64,000 nt of DNA. Source: Macrostomum lignano. Taxonomy: Eukaryota. Where the stretch lies: positions 372,001 to 436,000 of the forward strand of contig NIVC01000278.1 in NCBI GenBank assembly GCA_002269645.1, read 5' to 3'. The notes beneath the pieces were generated by a model. The model searched no databases and was not told the DNA's origin. It saw only the letters and a program-made list of their open reading frames with translations. Shown here piece after piece: positions 12,139 through 27,235 of the stretch. Within the stretch, counting starts at the first letter, position 1. Each line of letters begins with the position of its first letter. A program made the position numbers and the translations under genes.

Positions 12139-12339
12139 TCTCCGGAACTACTTTTGCATGTATTCTGAAATCTAAGGCCATACACTAACAAATTAATAGT
12201 AGGATAGAGGTAGACATAAAATGGAGCACATTCGTGTAAAATTAGGGTTTGAGGCAAACGTTGATATTGTTGGCTGGGGTACTGCGCAGAATGTCAGGCA
12301 ATGTCTGTCTGACTCTAAAACATATATTGCTAAACTCTG

Positions 12340-12786
12340 GTCTCTCCCTGACTCTCCCTACGTCCCTTGGATCCTTTAAAATTTCTATCGTCTCTTTGTT
12401 TCCTTTCTTCTCTCTCATCCCTCGTCTCTCCTCTCTCTTCTCTCCTCTCTTCTCTTGTATCTTCCCTCATCTCTCTTCCCTATTCTTTTCTCTCTCCTCT
12501 TCTCTCTCCTTTCTACTTTTCGTTTTCTCTCTGCTCTTCTCTCTCCTCTCTACTCTTTCGTTTTCTCTCTCCTCTCCTCTCTCCTCTCTCCCCCTCTTCT
12601 CTCGTCTCTCCCCTCACATCTTTCCTCTCTCTCTTTCCACTCATCTCTTTTCTTGTTTTATATCTTCTCTCTCCCCTCGTCGCCCGTCTCTTCCCTCACC
12701 TCTCTTCTCTCTCGTCTGCTCTTTCATCTCTCCTTTCTCTTCTTTTATCTTTTCTCTCTTATCTCTTCTCGTTTCTATCTGCTCTG

Positions 12787-12871
<85 letters not shown>

Positions 12872-13860
12872 CCCTCTTTATTCTCCTATTTCCTCTTCTC
12901 TCTCCCTGTCTCTCCTCTCTCCTCTAGTCTCTGTAATCTCTTCTCTCCCATCTTTCTTCTCCTCTCTACTCTCTCCCCTCCATTCTCCTCTTTTCTCTCC
13001 TCTCGCCTCACTCACTTCTCTCTCCCTTTGTCTCTCCTCTCGTCTCTGTAATCTCTTCTCTCTTATCTCTCTTCTGTTCTCTCTATTCTCCCATCTCTCG
13101 TCTGTTCATTTTCGTCTCTGCTCTCAGCTCATCCCCCCTCTTTCATCTGTCATCTTTACTGTCTTAATGTTCTTTCATTTTGTCCTCTGTACTCTTTTCT
13201 TTCACCTCTTTTGTCTCCTCACTTTCCTTTCTCCTTTCTTCTCTTCTCTTCTCTTCCCTCTTCTATATACTCTCTCCATCTCTTGTCTCGTCTCTTCTCT
13301 CTCCACTCTCCTCCTTTATCTCTCATCTCTCATTTCTCATCTCTCCTTACACCTCTCTCATCTGTACAACTTTATCTCTTCTCTCTTCCATTCTCTCTCT
13401 TATCTCTCCTTTCTCCTCTTTACTAACTCCTCTCTACTCGCTCCTCTACACTCTCCTCTCCACTCGCTACTCTACTGTCTACTCTCTCCTATCTACTCTA
13501 CTGTCTACTCTCTCCTATCTACTCGCTCCTCTACTCGCTCCTCTACTCTCTCCTCTCTACTCGCCCCTCTACTCGCTCTTCTACTCTCTCCTCTCTACTC
13601 GCTCCTCTCTACTCTTTCCTCTCCACTCGCTACTCTACTCTCTACTCTCTCCTCTCTACTCGCTACTCTACTCTCTCCTCTCTACTCGCTCCTCTCTACT
13701 CTTTCCTCTCTACTCGCTCCTCTACTCTCTCCTCTCTACTCGCTCCTCTACTCTCTCCTCTCTACTCTCTCCTCTCATCGTCCTCACTCCCTCATCTCTC
13801 CTATTATCTTTTATCTTTTCTCTTATTCCCTCTCTCACCTCTCCTCTCTTTTCGAATAGT
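12340..13860. repeat. CT-rich low-complexity / (CT)n and (CTCCTCTCTACT)n tract
   Basis: Direct reading; the Leu/Ser/Phe ORFs are artefacts. Confidence 0.95.
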
Positions 13861-13969
13861 CTATTCCTTCTTCTCCCCACTCTCAACTGCCCCTCAGCCA
13901 TAAGCTGGATTCTTTTCTGGACTTAGAGGTAAAAGTCTGCCCATTCCTGCTTAGAAAGCCAGTTTGTGG

Positions 13970-14880
13970 GACGTAGTACTCTCATGGCTGTTCTCATGCT
14001 TTGATCATGTCACCTTTCTTGCCAATTTGCAAGCCCTGAAAAGAATTTTTGTATCTTCAGCTCCACTGCAGTCTGCATCAGTCTAACAACCAAGGAAATA
14101 CGCATTTCTTAGGAGGCCATTTAAAATTTACACAGTACCTTTAAAAGAAACCTAAAATTTCCATGGTGTGCCTAATTTAGTAGGGTTATATTGCATTGCA
14201 TCGCATCGCCTTTTCATAAATCTTTCGCTTTTACAAACCATGCTGGATTCCCTCGATTTGCCAATTGCCATCCAGTGTTAAACTGCTGCAGAGTTTGCCA
14301 ATACAGAGGGGAGGGCAGTGGTTAGAATTCTCACTAAACTGTTATGGCTAAACGTAGCCTCTCCACTCTCGGGGTGCAGAGAAGGTTATAAATAAAGCTA
14401 TTCCAAAACACTGTACATTCGCTATGTACATTGAGCCCTATCGCCTGACCCTTCGTCTGGACTGCGGGAATGAGTGAGTTGAGCGCCACAAACAACAGAA
14501 AAAGCAGACAAACTTCACATGCTTACAGTTTCTGTTCTGATTGAGTTACAGAGTTAAGACTTAACATTTAGACAGAGAATGAGTCAATGAAGAATTGTGT
14601 CAAGTTTGAAGTCAATCGCTTCACGTGGAGCAAACTTATGGCAGCCGAAAGTTAGTCATTTTAAACCCCTTTTTCACATCTGGGCCCAGATCGGGAAAGA
14701 GAGGCAGGCGGGCGGAGGTTGGGGTGGCTGCCTCGCTGAAAAAACAGCCTAACTTTAAAAGTGCACAGCGGCTTTCAGGAGTAACTTTGAGATTTGAAAT
14801 TTTACACAATTGTGTCAAAATAGTTGAAAATTGCCTGTGTCAAATTTGAAGAGAATCGGTAGAAGTGGAGCGGCGCTATG
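13970..14880 (+). repeat. Copy of a dispersed repeat family (probably a non-autonomous DNA element)
   Basis: Homologous segments occur inverted at ~33870-34580, ~24560-24680 and ~15805-15985, and direct at ~35690-36110 (e.g. GCAGACAAACTTCACATGCTTACAGTTTCT, CCCTATCGCCTGACCCTTCGTCTG). No TSD resolved. Confidence 0.75.
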
Positions 14881-14899
14881 GAGGATTTAGTTAAAAAAT

Positions 14900-15060
14900 C
14901 GCGCATTTTGAGCAGTTTTTTGTACTTTTAGGTAGGAAGACTTGAGTCTAGGAAATTAAAAGGTAGCCTAAGACATTCTCCGTAGTAAGTTTAGGGTGGG
15001 TGTAAAGTTTGGTGTAATTTGGTTGAGCGGTTTGGGAGTCCATAGCGAAGTAATTTGTCC

Positions 15061-15093
<33 letters not shown>

Positions 15094-15116
15094 GTTTTGA
15101 TTTTTATAGGTAGAGA
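14900..15116 (-). mobile_element. Helitron-like 5' fragment, same family as 11239
   Basis: Reverse complement reads A|TCTCTACCTATAAAAATCAAAACTCTGTCTGTC... and stays similar to 11239-11430 for about 200 bp. Confidence 0.65.
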
Positions 15117-16877
15117 TTATTTTGTCTAGAATATATTTATAGAGTTTCATATAGATATCATCATTAGTATAGATGCTATTAAACCTTAAATGACACTTAT
15201 GGTCGTAACGACAGGATTTTTGACATATAGAAACTAAAAGGTAAAAGTCTTATAACATTTTACATTTTTGATATTTTGCAATACATTTTTTAAATTTGAC
15301 TAAGAACATCTTTAGAAATCATACTCTTTTATTAGAATATATAAACTCAAAAGGCAACAAAGATACAAAAGAAAAGGCAGCCTTATGGTCGTAACATTAT
15401 GGTCGTAAGATATTTTTTTCTGTCAATTCAGTAACTTTGAGGTACTAATACATTAAAAATATAATAGATTATTTGGTCACCAATGCTTTTATCTGATGAT
15501 GCAAGTACTATACTTTTATCTATAGTTTGTTTCAACCTTCAAAAGCTTTCTATTTGTTTTTAAAAGGTACAAAATCTTAATGATGTCTTTTGCTTCGAAA
15601 AATGTCCAAATTTTTACAAAAATGACTTTTTGCCAATTGATAACATACTAATCCAACATTTTACCATTCTTTTATTCTTAGATTGTATATATTGCACAAT
15701 ATAAACATTTGGTAAAAAAATAGGCTAATTAGGCAATGGCAAGCAAAAATATTGACTTTTTTCTATTTTCCAAATATGTCCATCTTATATGGAATGAGCC
15801 CACTCCATTTCTACCAATTCTCTTCAAATTTGACACAATCAATTTTCAACTATTTTGACACAATCATGTAAATTTCAAGTTTTAAAGTTAATCCTAAAAG
15901 GCGCTGTGCACTTTTAAAGTTAGGCTCTCTTTTTGTCAACAAGACAGCCACCCCAACCTCCACCTCTCTCTTTCCCTTATCTGGCAAGATATGAAACTAT
16001 GATATGAAACTAATGAAAAACTAGTGTACGTCTTTTAGGGTTTATACCAAATTATGCTGAATTGCATACACATATCAGACATATGTGCTTTGCAAACTAC
16101 TTGAACTTTAGCCTTGCCCTTAAGGTATATAAAATACTTCCAATTTTCCTATTTTTCTGAAACTTTCGCTACAGTCTTAGAGTAGTCTTCAGTTTTCAGT
16201 TTTCGCTTCAGTTTACAGTCTTCAGTTTTTCAGAGGCCATCCAAAATAATAATAAAGCAAAGAAAATTGCTAAAAATTACCTTCAGAGTTAACAGGAGCT
16301 TGATTTGTTAACCCTCTATGTAATTAGTGATAACTTGATGCAAGTAGTTTCGGAGAATTATGTTTGAAAATTAACTTTTTTAGAATCATGACTTTCAAAG
16401 GTTAATATTTTCCAGTTTAATGATTTCATTCTAAAAAAACATTAAGAGGGTTAGATCCTTAACCCCAATAAAGAGTGTCTATCTATTCTAACTTTTTTCA
16501 CTCAGTTTGTTATACTTATATTAGGCCTAGTGCAGCAAGAGTGCCACATGTCTAATTAGTATTCCCTGGAGCCTGGAGGTGTTTGATATCTTGCTGAATT
16601 TTTAATTTAAGCTACATTACAATTTTCTCCCTGGACCCCCTTAGTCTTAGAGTTTATCTGCCTAATCTACAATAGATCCCCATGCTTCTATTGAAGTTTA
16701 GATACATAAAATCAATCCCTATGAAGATTCTCCCTACCCCAAAACCCCATGCCCTGGTGGTTGGCTTTAAGCTACAAAAAATAAAGCTTAACTTTAAAAT
16801 CAGCACTATAAAAACACAGACTCCGGAAGGTTACAAGTACGCCGGAAAATTCCGGCGTACAAATGACCTCTTTAAAG

Positions 16878-17672
16878 TGTTGTGTTGTGCACTTTTGCGG
16901 TGCCTGTGCACCTAGTCTTAGCAGGCTGAGTCACCTCTTGGCCTATGGGTTTTTTTGTTATTCCCCCCTTTTTTGCATTGCCGCAGCCAGAGGCTTAAGT
17001 TTTGGCATTTGTTCGCTCGCCCTGCGTGGCGATTGGTCGCAGCCAGCCGATCGGGCTTGGAGCTGCCGTCCCCAGGGGGGGGGGTTGGCTAGGGGCGTTG
17101 GTGGGGTGGTGGGATGGAGAGCGCGTGGCCCTCTCCCCTCCGCGGGCGTGTGCTATTTAACATTGCTCGCGGCGGGTTGGAGCGATGCGCGTCTCGGCCA
17201 TCCACCTCTCCATGAACTCTGCTTTCCGACGGCGCTAGACAGCCATAGTTACTATCATGCTACGAGTACTTGAAACAGAAATACATCAATAAGGCCACCT
17301 ATGTGCACTGGCCCTGAGTGACAGCTGCCAGCTAAGTAAGTGCGCATTCTGCCTTTTTTCTCTCGGTTGCCTAGGGGGGCAGAGAGTCCGTGTGTCCGGA
17401 CGCCGACTCAGCTAGTTGGGAGGGAGACGTCAGAAGGATACCTACCGTACATCTCTACGCCTCTACGCCAGCCAGTGCGTCCCGACGCCTCGCTGAAGGT
17501 GGCTCGCACCACTGCGTCCCGACGCGTGGGAAGGCTGCGTGGGTACGTCCTGATGCCCCAGACTGTCAGGGGAAGTGCTCACCTTAGCGCCCGCGCGCAG
17601 GCTTAGCAAGGACCCGCTTGTAGGGTGGTAGGACCACCCTATTGCCGGGCCGGGGGCTGCAGGGATACAACA
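16878..17672 (+). mobile_element. 5' LTR (795 bp) of a truncated Ty3/Gypsy retrotransposon
   Basis: Termini TGTTGT...ACAACA form a perfect 6-bp inverted pair, followed 3 nt later by a PBS and then gag. Confidence 0.75.
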
Positions 17673-17675
17673 AAT

Positions 17676-17693
17676 TGGCGCCCAAATAGGGAC
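17676..17693 (+). promoter_or_regulatory. Primer-binding site, tRNA-Lys-like
   Basis: TGGCGCCCAAATAGGGAC versus the tRNA-Lys(UUU) PBS TGGCGCCCGAACAGGGAC (2 mismatches), directly after the LTR end. Confidence 0.75.
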
Positions 17694-17829
17694 CTGCTTT
17701 GCCTGTGGTTTTTCTGGGTGTGTTGTATTGAGGGTAGAGAGTGCTTCGTGTCGAGTTCTGGATCGAGCTTCGAGTCGAGTTGCTTAATTGTGCCAGTGCA
17801 GTTGGCGGCTTGTAGTTTTACTATGACCC

Positions 17830-18375
17830 ATGGCGGGTATCGATGACTTGATTGGTGCGCTGACGGACAGGCTGCGCGAGAATTTGAACCATGGGCCTCC
17901 AAGAGTTGCAAAGCCGGTGAAGTATGTGACTGGAATGAATTTTCGCCTGTGCTTGAGGAGTTTCAACAGATTTTGTGAGGTGACTGGGATTGAAGAAGCG
18001 GATTGAAGGCCACATCTGATGAGTCTGCTGGATCTCAACACAGCTTATATCGCGGTGGACAACCTTAATCTGGCGGATGATCTGGAGTATGAGGAGTTTA
18101 CTGAGCAGCTGCTGAATAGGTTCACGCAGCATCGGACTCCGCAGGACTTCAGGTTGGAGCTGGTAGGTCGGGACCAAGACCAGAAGGAGTCGATGGAGGC
18201 CTACGGGGATGCCCTGCTCGAGATAGTCCGGAACGCCTATCCGACGATTGATCAGGACGCGAGGTCGGAGCTGGCCAAAGACCGGTTCATGAAAGGTGTG
18301 CAAGTAGCTGAGCCAGTCCGGGAGAAATTATTTCTTAGCCAGCCAGAGAGTCTGGCTGCTGCAATCAGGAGTGCC
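17830..18375 (+). pseudogene. Ty3/Gypsy Gag capsid, one internal TGA, 3'-truncated
   Basis: MAGIDDLIGAL...EEAD*RPHLMSLL (TGA at 18004-18006), then in frame ...RDQDQKESMEAYGDALLEIVRNAYP...RSELAKDRFMKGV..., a typical retrotransposon Gag capsid motif. No pol follows. Confidence 0.8.
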
Positions 18376-19903
18376 CTGAGCAGCACCGATGGAGACTACT
18401 TTCTGCGCGGCTGAGTCTGCAGTTGCTAAAAACAATATTAAATGTGCTCCACAACTATATAGTACACTCGTACATGTAGAGCCACTGGGAGTATGAAAGA
18501 CTATAAAAGTAGCTTCTTACTTTTAATAATTCTTTGCCAAATAAAGAGCCTCAAAAGTTTAAAGGAAAGAAAGCAAGAAACGTTTTGTATAGTATTTGTT
18601 CTTGGCTCTGAACAAGCTCAAGATGAATCTGAATGGGACTCACTGTGTTTTAACTTGCATGGTGCTCACACAAAAAATATCAATTCTTCATCTGAAATTA
18701 AAGGTGCTCTAAAAACAGTGATTAAAAGACAAAACTCTTAACTTTATTTTAAGGTACGGCATAGTTGTACTTAATTCTAATCAATATTTATTGTATAACT
18801 ACATATGTTTTAACGCAAGCGTAATTTAAACAGTACATGTAATTTTTACTCCAGTAGCTATAGCTGTAGTCTTTACTATCGACCGTGGCATAACAAAAAT
18901 TTGTTTAAAAATTGTCAAGTTAAAGACACGTGGTTCTACTGAGACAATCATTAATGAAATGCAAACATCAATGGTGCTTGTGGGCTTATCGATAGATGAT
19001 GGGTTTGGGCCTTTTCAGCTCCTTTGGGGAAGCCTTCGGGCCTCAGGTCTCAGAAATAAATCAATTAGAGTCCTGGCCCCCCACTCCTGTCAGATGGTCA
19101 GCCCCAAGGTAGCTTGATCTTGTGCGAGCAGTCTAGGTCCTATAGCTAAGAGAGGGACAGCGAGAGACAAGCAGAGAGAATTTTGAAGGTAGAGATCAGC
19201 TAATCCGCAGATTAACTAACCCGCTGCCACCAGCCCGTGCGTTCTGGCTCACCAAGCCGGAACTTTCGAAATCGGTTTTTTTGGGATTTAAAAAAGGACC
19301 TCACCGCTTTCAGTTTTCTCAGTATATGGTGCCCCGATCCTCTATGGCCCCTTCCTAGGTGGTACAGTGTATATGGCACCCCCTATAGTGTTATACTTGG
19401 CGCGCCCCCACTCTAATGGTAACGTGATCGGCATGATGAAACGGCCCCAAACTGACTGCAAAACATTTTACACATATTTTTTGCATGTATACAAAATGGA
19501 GTTAAAATCCTTTTATTAAGGAACGTCGATAGACTATAAGGAATATAAATTATGTGCAAGCTATACTACTCGCAGCTGGGAAGATTAAAACACGGTTCTA
19601 CTAACTAGCTAAGATAAGTAAAAGGGCGCCTCAGTCATTGAAAGGCTCTGACGCCACTAAGAGAAATTTGGGTTCCAGATTGGGAGTGTACTATAATGTA
19701 CACAAGGCTTCTAAGCTAGGCTAAAAGAGACTGTGACCATCAAGCCGAGCAGGCGACACCAGTCGGGCTGAGGGCGGGCCCGGTCTACCCCCGATTCGCC
19801 TATTCCCGATTTGTCGAAATTCCTCATTTGCCGAATCCCGATTTGCCGATTTGCCGACTCGCCGAATTCACTATTCGGCCAATTCGTACTACGTCGAATC
19901 TCT

Positions 19904-20740
<837 letters not shown>

Positions 20741-20929
20741 AGTTGAATTTCATAAATAAATGCTGATTTTTACTGTGAGAAAAGAAACGTTCTACCCATG
20801 CACAACGGAAGCATTTTAAGCTGAGAAGATTTTAATTAACATTCCAGTGCTTTCTCATCCCACCCCCACCCCATGCACCTTGTGACCCGTTATGAAAATC
20901 AGTAATTTATAGCTTCAGGGCAAATAGCA

Positions 20930-21470
20930 TCTCTCGCACCAAAATGAGTGCCTGTGGCACCAAAAAGAGTGCTTGCGGCGCCAAAAAGAGTGCCTGCGGC
21001 GCCAAAAAGAGTGCCAGCGGCGCCTAAATGAGTGCCTGCGGCGCCAAAAAGAGTGCCAGCGGCGCCTAAATGAGTGCCAGCGGCGCCTAAATGAGTGCCT
21101 GCGGCGCATAAGAGTGGCCTGTGGCACCAAAAAGAGTGCCAGCGGCGCCTAAATGAGTGCCTGCGGCGCATAAGAGTGGCCTGTGGCACCAAAAAGAGTG
21201 CCAGCGGCGCCTAAATGAGTGCCTGCGGCGCCAAAAAGAGTGCTTGCGGCGCCAAAAAGAGTGCCAGCGGCGCCGAAATGAGTGTCTGCGGCGCCTAAAT
21301 GAGTGCCTGCGGCGCCTAAATGAGTGCCTGCGGCGCCTAAATGAGTGCCTGCGGTGCCTAAATGAGTGCCTGCGGCACCAGAGGCACCAAAAAGCATTGC
21401 GGCACCTAAAATGAGTGCCTGCGGCGCCAAAATGAGTGTCTGCGGCTCTAAAACGAGCGCTGCCAACACT
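20930..21470 (+). repeat. ~20-bp minisatellite (AAATGAGTGCCTGCGGCGCC) preceded by a weak Helitron-like A|TC start
   Basis: Tandem units read directly. The start A|TCTCTCGCACCAAAATGAGTGCCTG resembles the other Helitron 5' ends. A related array is inverted at 31370-31590. Confidence 0.75.
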
Positions 21471-23446
21471 GATTTTCAAAATAATGTACATGTAGGAATT
21501 TAGTCATATACATGTACATGTAGAACTCTTGGCTTAACCTGCCCCCCCATCCACAAAATCCTCGATCGACAGTTTATATATGCAATTTTCGAGCTGTGTA
21601 CGAGCGTAAAGTGCAGTTGCAATTTTTTCATTACCACGTATGTTGTAGCTATACCGTGGTTTTCTGTTAAATAAACAATTATAATGCTTGCAATCTCTAG
21701 ACTGTACTAAACAATCTGCACATTAACGGTGAACAAAAACGTACAGTACAAGTACTCGTAGAAAGGCCTTGGGCCTTAGACTGGTAAAAGACGTGTGCGT
21801 CTTAATTTATACTACTTGTTACATGTACATGTACATATATATTAAGGCTGTTTTTAATTTACCACTATATGCATTGTAATTTGAAATTAAGTACACTCAG
21901 TTTTTAAAATGTTGCTACATCAGTTTCTTTGAGTACTTCCCTTTCCCATTCTTCTCGGGGATCCTGAAGGCCCAAAACAATTCCCCGGGGAGAGTTGATG
22001 AAAATTCTCCCCCCCCCCCAGGGGTACCCGGGGGAGTGTCCCTGGGGATTGAATTTCCTAGTGCCAGCCACAAACGGACGCTATTTTACTACGAGTATTT
22101 AGCCTGTGTTCTTGAATTTTGTGTACCTGCATTGCTCCGCAGAGCAATTTAAAAGCAAAGTAAATATTAAAACGGCCCTTTTAAGGCCACAGCATAAATT
22201 CTTACTTGGCGAATGGAGATCCTGGATTTTACTTAATTTTTCTTCGAACACCTTAAAACTCTTAATTTACTATATACTACTACTGGTGTTTTAGAGCCTA
22301 TTAATTTTGAATTCGCTGTCAAATATAAATGATTAATTAGATATGATTACTGTTACCAAGGCTCGCCACTCGCCAGCAACAGGCTTGTGAGAGCCGGCAC
22401 CGTAGTGCACAACAAAAGTTTAGTTTAGTCCGTTTTCTTGAATTTATGTGCCATTGCTCCGTTTCGTTATAGAGCAAATAGAAAATCTTCAAAACGGCCC
22501 TTTTTAGGGTAACCTAACAGTTATCTACTTTGGCGAACCATTGGGGAACTAAAAATATTCAATTAAAAAGGCTTCATTAAAAAAGACTGTAATAAATTTG
22601 CTAGTGGGAATTGTGTTAGTACGAAAAATTATTTATTATTTAATTTGGGTTAGTTTTAATAACTGCGGAATGTTTAAAGCTCAATAAAAATAGATATGAG
22701 AAAATTTGTAGAGTAACATAACTTGGCATTTCTTACTATGAGTAGCCAGTAACGTGAGTGACATGGAATCACAATTAGCAATAAGAGGTATTTTTGCCGC
22801 GTCCAATAGAAATTGTCCGCTCTCGTTTTTTAAATTATCGATTAGTGAGTTTTTTGTACTTGGTAAATTCAACTCCATTTAACTTGGTACTATACATGTA
22901 ATCGGCGCCAGCGAAGGGTCTTTGGACGTGATTCGACGTTGCGTTGCTGAGATAAGATTAAATCTAGTCAATATAGACTACACTCATCTTGGAAGTTAAA
23001 GCTTTGGATTTGACGGTAAGTTAAGTTTGATTTCTGTGTGCCATTTCTAGATGCTTTATGGATAGTATGGAAGCTTTATTCGCGAAGGCATTCCATTTTT
23101 ACAGTGGACACAGTATAAATTACTTTATATAGTATGCAGCATGAACTCTAGGAATAGAAATGCATGAAAATTAATGCATCTTTTTGTCTTAGACTTAAGT
23201 GCCCTAGGCTATTTAATTTATGGCTTTTAAGCACCAAAGCAAAGCAAGAATTGTTTTTATTTAAGCAGCCTTGTTAAAGCCAATAAAGGGGCTAGGTTAT
23301 GACTTATGGTATGTATTATAGCTAACAAACCATAATTTAATTTTTATTCAATAGGTTTAATAATTGTTTCTTTGAAAATAAATAAACATTTATAGGTGTG
23401 CTAGGCCTGTTAGCTCTGTCTTCTTAATTGTTAGCCTTTGCTTAGT

Positions 23447-23743
23447 GGCAATGGCTAGAGTTTTAGGACTAGAACCCATTTTCTAACAGCTATGGATCCG
23501 GCAGACAGCAGTGCCATTATAATATAGATAGAACATTATATTTTTCTTTCTACAGGTGGCTGATATTGAGATTTTGTTCTAAATTAAAATTTAAGACGAT
23601 ATGATAAGATTCGGGACAAGATGCTTCTAACATTCAGACTTCTTAAGATATGTTTTTAGCAGTCTTTATATGCTTCTATACGGCACTGCCGGATCCCTAA
23701 CTGTTAGAAAATGGGTTCCGGTGCCGGAACTCTAGCCATTACC
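23447..23743. mobile_element. Mutator(MULE)-type MITE, 297 bp
   Basis: Imperfect ~65-bp TIRs (GGCAATGGCTAGAGTT...AACCCATTTTCTAACAG / ...AACTCTAGCCATTACC) and a 9-bp TSD TTGCTTAGT at 23438-23446 and 23744-23752. Confidence 0.85.
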
Positions 23744-26700
23744 TTGCTTAGTCACTTATCTTATAGGAAGTGGTTATTTTTACGGCTGAGCTGTAGATAT
23801 AGCCCAAATTCTAATTTTTACGGCTGGCCATAAAAATGTCAAAAATTGTTATTATTACAGCTGAGCCGTAAGTATAATTAATTTGTCTATTTTATGGCTA
23901 AACCATAGATATAACTTAGAACTACTATTTTTACGGCTGTCTGTCTATAATTTATTCCTAATAGCCATTTCAATAGTTTGCATTTGATTTCATGACAGTT
24001 TTTTGAACTATTTTTTTACTACTAAAATCATGCTACCCATATTTAATGATTCAATTGATACTGTTTTCACTATAGTACAAGTACAGTACAGTACTCTACA
24101 CTACTCAAGTACTACTCGAGACAACTCGAGCAATGCGAGTGTACAATGTACACATTGTCACTGGATTTTCTGTCGCCACTTTGACCATATGTCATTGGAT
24201 CGATCTTGTCACTAGTTTGGCACGGGTTACATCTGAAATGTATATTTTTATGGCAAAAAACATTTTTGTTATTATCTCTACACATGTACTGGGAAGTTCT
24301 AACCACTGTCCTCTGTATAGACAACTCTGTAGAACAGTGAATGAGGAAGATAAAAATTAATACATAAGACAATTGGCATGGTTTTTTTAAAGTAAAAAAT
24401 TTATATAAAAGCCATATACATGTAGATCACAATTTCTACTATATTTGTCACATCATGGAAATTTTAACTTTTACATGTACCTCAAGGGGTCAAGGCACAT
24501 TAAATTTAAATGCCTCTCTAAGACAAGCGTAATAGGTTTTTAGACTGCTGCAGTAACATGAAGCTGCAGAGCTACACAAATTCTTCTCAGGGCTGCAAAT
24601 TAGCAAGAAATTAAGATGACATGATCAAAGTAGTCATATGCAGCAAATAGCCGACGGAATGAAACAACCATGAGAGTACTACATGTACTGTAACAAACTG
24701 GCTTTTGAAGCTAAGACTAGTAGGTGGGACCAAAATAGTGTTTCGCCATAGCCATAGCTACGGCTATGGGATCCTACGGCAAATACGGTAAAATAGGTGC
24801 CTATGGCAGCTACAGATACGCCTACGGTAGCTAGCTGCTCTTATGGCTACGACTATAGAAATATGGTAGTTGTTGTCACATTCCGTAGATTGCCATAGCC
24901 GTAGTTATTAAGGTGGGCATGGAGAAGAAAAATTTATGAATTGGGGGTATTTGAATTGTTAGTCAACACTAGTGAAGTGGGGTGGATTTCACGTTTGAAT
25001 CGCCGCCTGCATTGTCTTGACACTCGTAAAGCCAGAAAATTTCTCGAATTGATGCACTGATTCTTCTCCTTGGTTATTCCATTTTCCGGGTCCTCAATTC
25101 CGGGGGAGGGTAGTCGTGATCGTAGTCGCAGTCTTTTAGTGGCACGATCATTCAAATTGAGTCTTTAGACACTGTAAATGTCATGATCTGTTGATGTACT
25201 TGGTTTTTTACTGTCAGCAGTCAAGTAGTGCTGCCACCACTGTAAATTTTGTTTTATGGAACATTAAGGCCAAGGGTCTCAAAGCTTTCTTTGAGTTGAG
25301 ACTGATCGGTTATTTTATGCCCCACAGGCCCCACGAAAAAATTACATAGATCAACGGGTGAAACACCATGGGGAACACCAGTGGGAAATCGGGACAAAAA
25401 CCCGGGAGAAACGCAGTAAAACAAAGGTGGAGCCAAAGGAAGGGACAACAAATGGACCAAAGGTGGGATCAACGAAGGGAAAATGCTCAATCAGCTGGGG
25501 GAGCAGCTCGTGACGTCAATCATCATACCAACAGATAGAGGCGTTGCGCAGTCGCCAATTGTTGCTGGAACCCCAGTGGTAGACCAGCCTACCACATTAT
25601 TAATGTTAAAAATTGAAAAAAATATTAGAAACAGGTAGAGTAAAACAAAGATTATTATCTTTTAACTTTTAAGTTTAACTTTTATTAAACTATATTATCA
25701 ACATAGAAACTTATAAAATATGCCTAAAGAAGTACAATAAAACACTAGCAAACTAATTTTTATTAATGTGAAAAAGTTAAGCGTTAGTACTGTTATAGGC
25801 ATTTTGGCTCTCTATGAAAATTCCATCGTTATGCCACTGGGATGGGCGTGGTTCGCGGTTAAGCTACTGGTTTGTATTGCTAAGGATTCTTACTAGTGGA
25901 TTTTACTTCCTACTGGTTGAGACTTTTCGCTGCCACCAGGTTCCTGCTGTTCCCTAATTCTAGCTTTAGGTTTAAAGAACTGAGTCAGGACACCAATTTA
26001 GATTTAGTTAATATAATATAATATAATATAATAATAAAAAAAACGGAAATAGTTACTTGATTGTACAAAAGTTTGGTTTTACATTAGTTCCTATACTTAA
26101 GTTTTCTGTTGTGCGTTTGGCAAGACTCCCGGTTTATAGATTTAGAGGCAAGACTCCTCTGTGCACGCCTAAATTATAATTCTTTTATTTATTTCCCCTT
26201 CTTACCGCTTTTCTTGTGAATTTTCCAAGTTCGAAGACACTCCAACAACAAACTTTTCTTTCCCAAGAGCCCAACTACTCTGTAGTTCTAAAGGAACCCC
26301 AATTTTATCTACTTACCCCCGCTCTAATTATTTCCCCGGGTTGAAACTACTGATAGTAGGGTAAAAGCATACTTAAACCTGCAAAATTTCCCGTTCCTAA
26401 AATAATGCCCTACTACACCACCAAAGTTGTTGCAGGCCTGTTAATTCTGTCTTTCTACTTAATGTACTTTCTGCATAAATGTACTAATATTGGTAGCGTC
26501 TACTTATTCACTTATATTGGTAGCGTCTACTTATCTACTTTTATTGGTAGCGTCTACTTATCTAATTATATTGGTAGCGTCTACTTATCTAATAGTAGCG
26601 GTTATACATGTACTGTACTTTTTGCCTGAGCGGTCTATTGGCACTGTCTACTCTTATCTCTCAGTCCTGGCGTTCCCGGGATCAGAGGGTCACAGCTTTA

Positions 26701-27235
26701 TATTTTCCCTGCCCTGAGGCGATTTTCTCTCGCTCTGAGGTGGTTCTCCTGCCCTGAGGCAAATTTACTATTATTGCCCTGAGGCGATTTCTCGCTTTTG
26801 GCGGATCTTAATATTACTCCCGATTTAGGGCTTCTACTATAGAAATTAATAAGACACTCTGAACAATTTTCTTATCAGGTTTTAGCTATTGCTAGAGCAC
26901 ACAAACAAGCAAGTAAGTTAAACGAGTTGGTCTTCCTGGCCCGCTCGGAGCCTCTATTTATAGTAAGATTCAGCGTAAATTTTTAACAAAATTAATCGCA
27001 AGAATATTTTTACAACTCAAAACATTTAAACAAAGTTTTTAGTGCAAATTTAAAATTGACTTTTGACAATTGACAATCCTGACCCTGGTACGCTAGCAAT
27101 ATTGCAAAAGTCAATAGTCAATAAATCTGCATCAAATCAAATCAAGTCAATAGCAGGTGGCCTCCCAATGAAGCAGCAGTGTGAGGCCATTTTTTTTGCT
27201 TGTCAACGACCTTGCTTGTATAGTATTTAATAGAG

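Noticed and set aside
12249-13926. 536-aa and other Leu/Ser/Phe-rich 'membrane' ORFs
   Set aside because: CT low-complexity artefacts. A possible 31-nt mini-exon (13898-13928) and the short peptide VDIVGWGT (~12260-12290) are too weak to call.
24934-25490. Short ORFs and a TGACGTCA (CRE) site near 25511
   Set aside because: No recognisable domain or splice structure; a single 8-mer is expected by chance.
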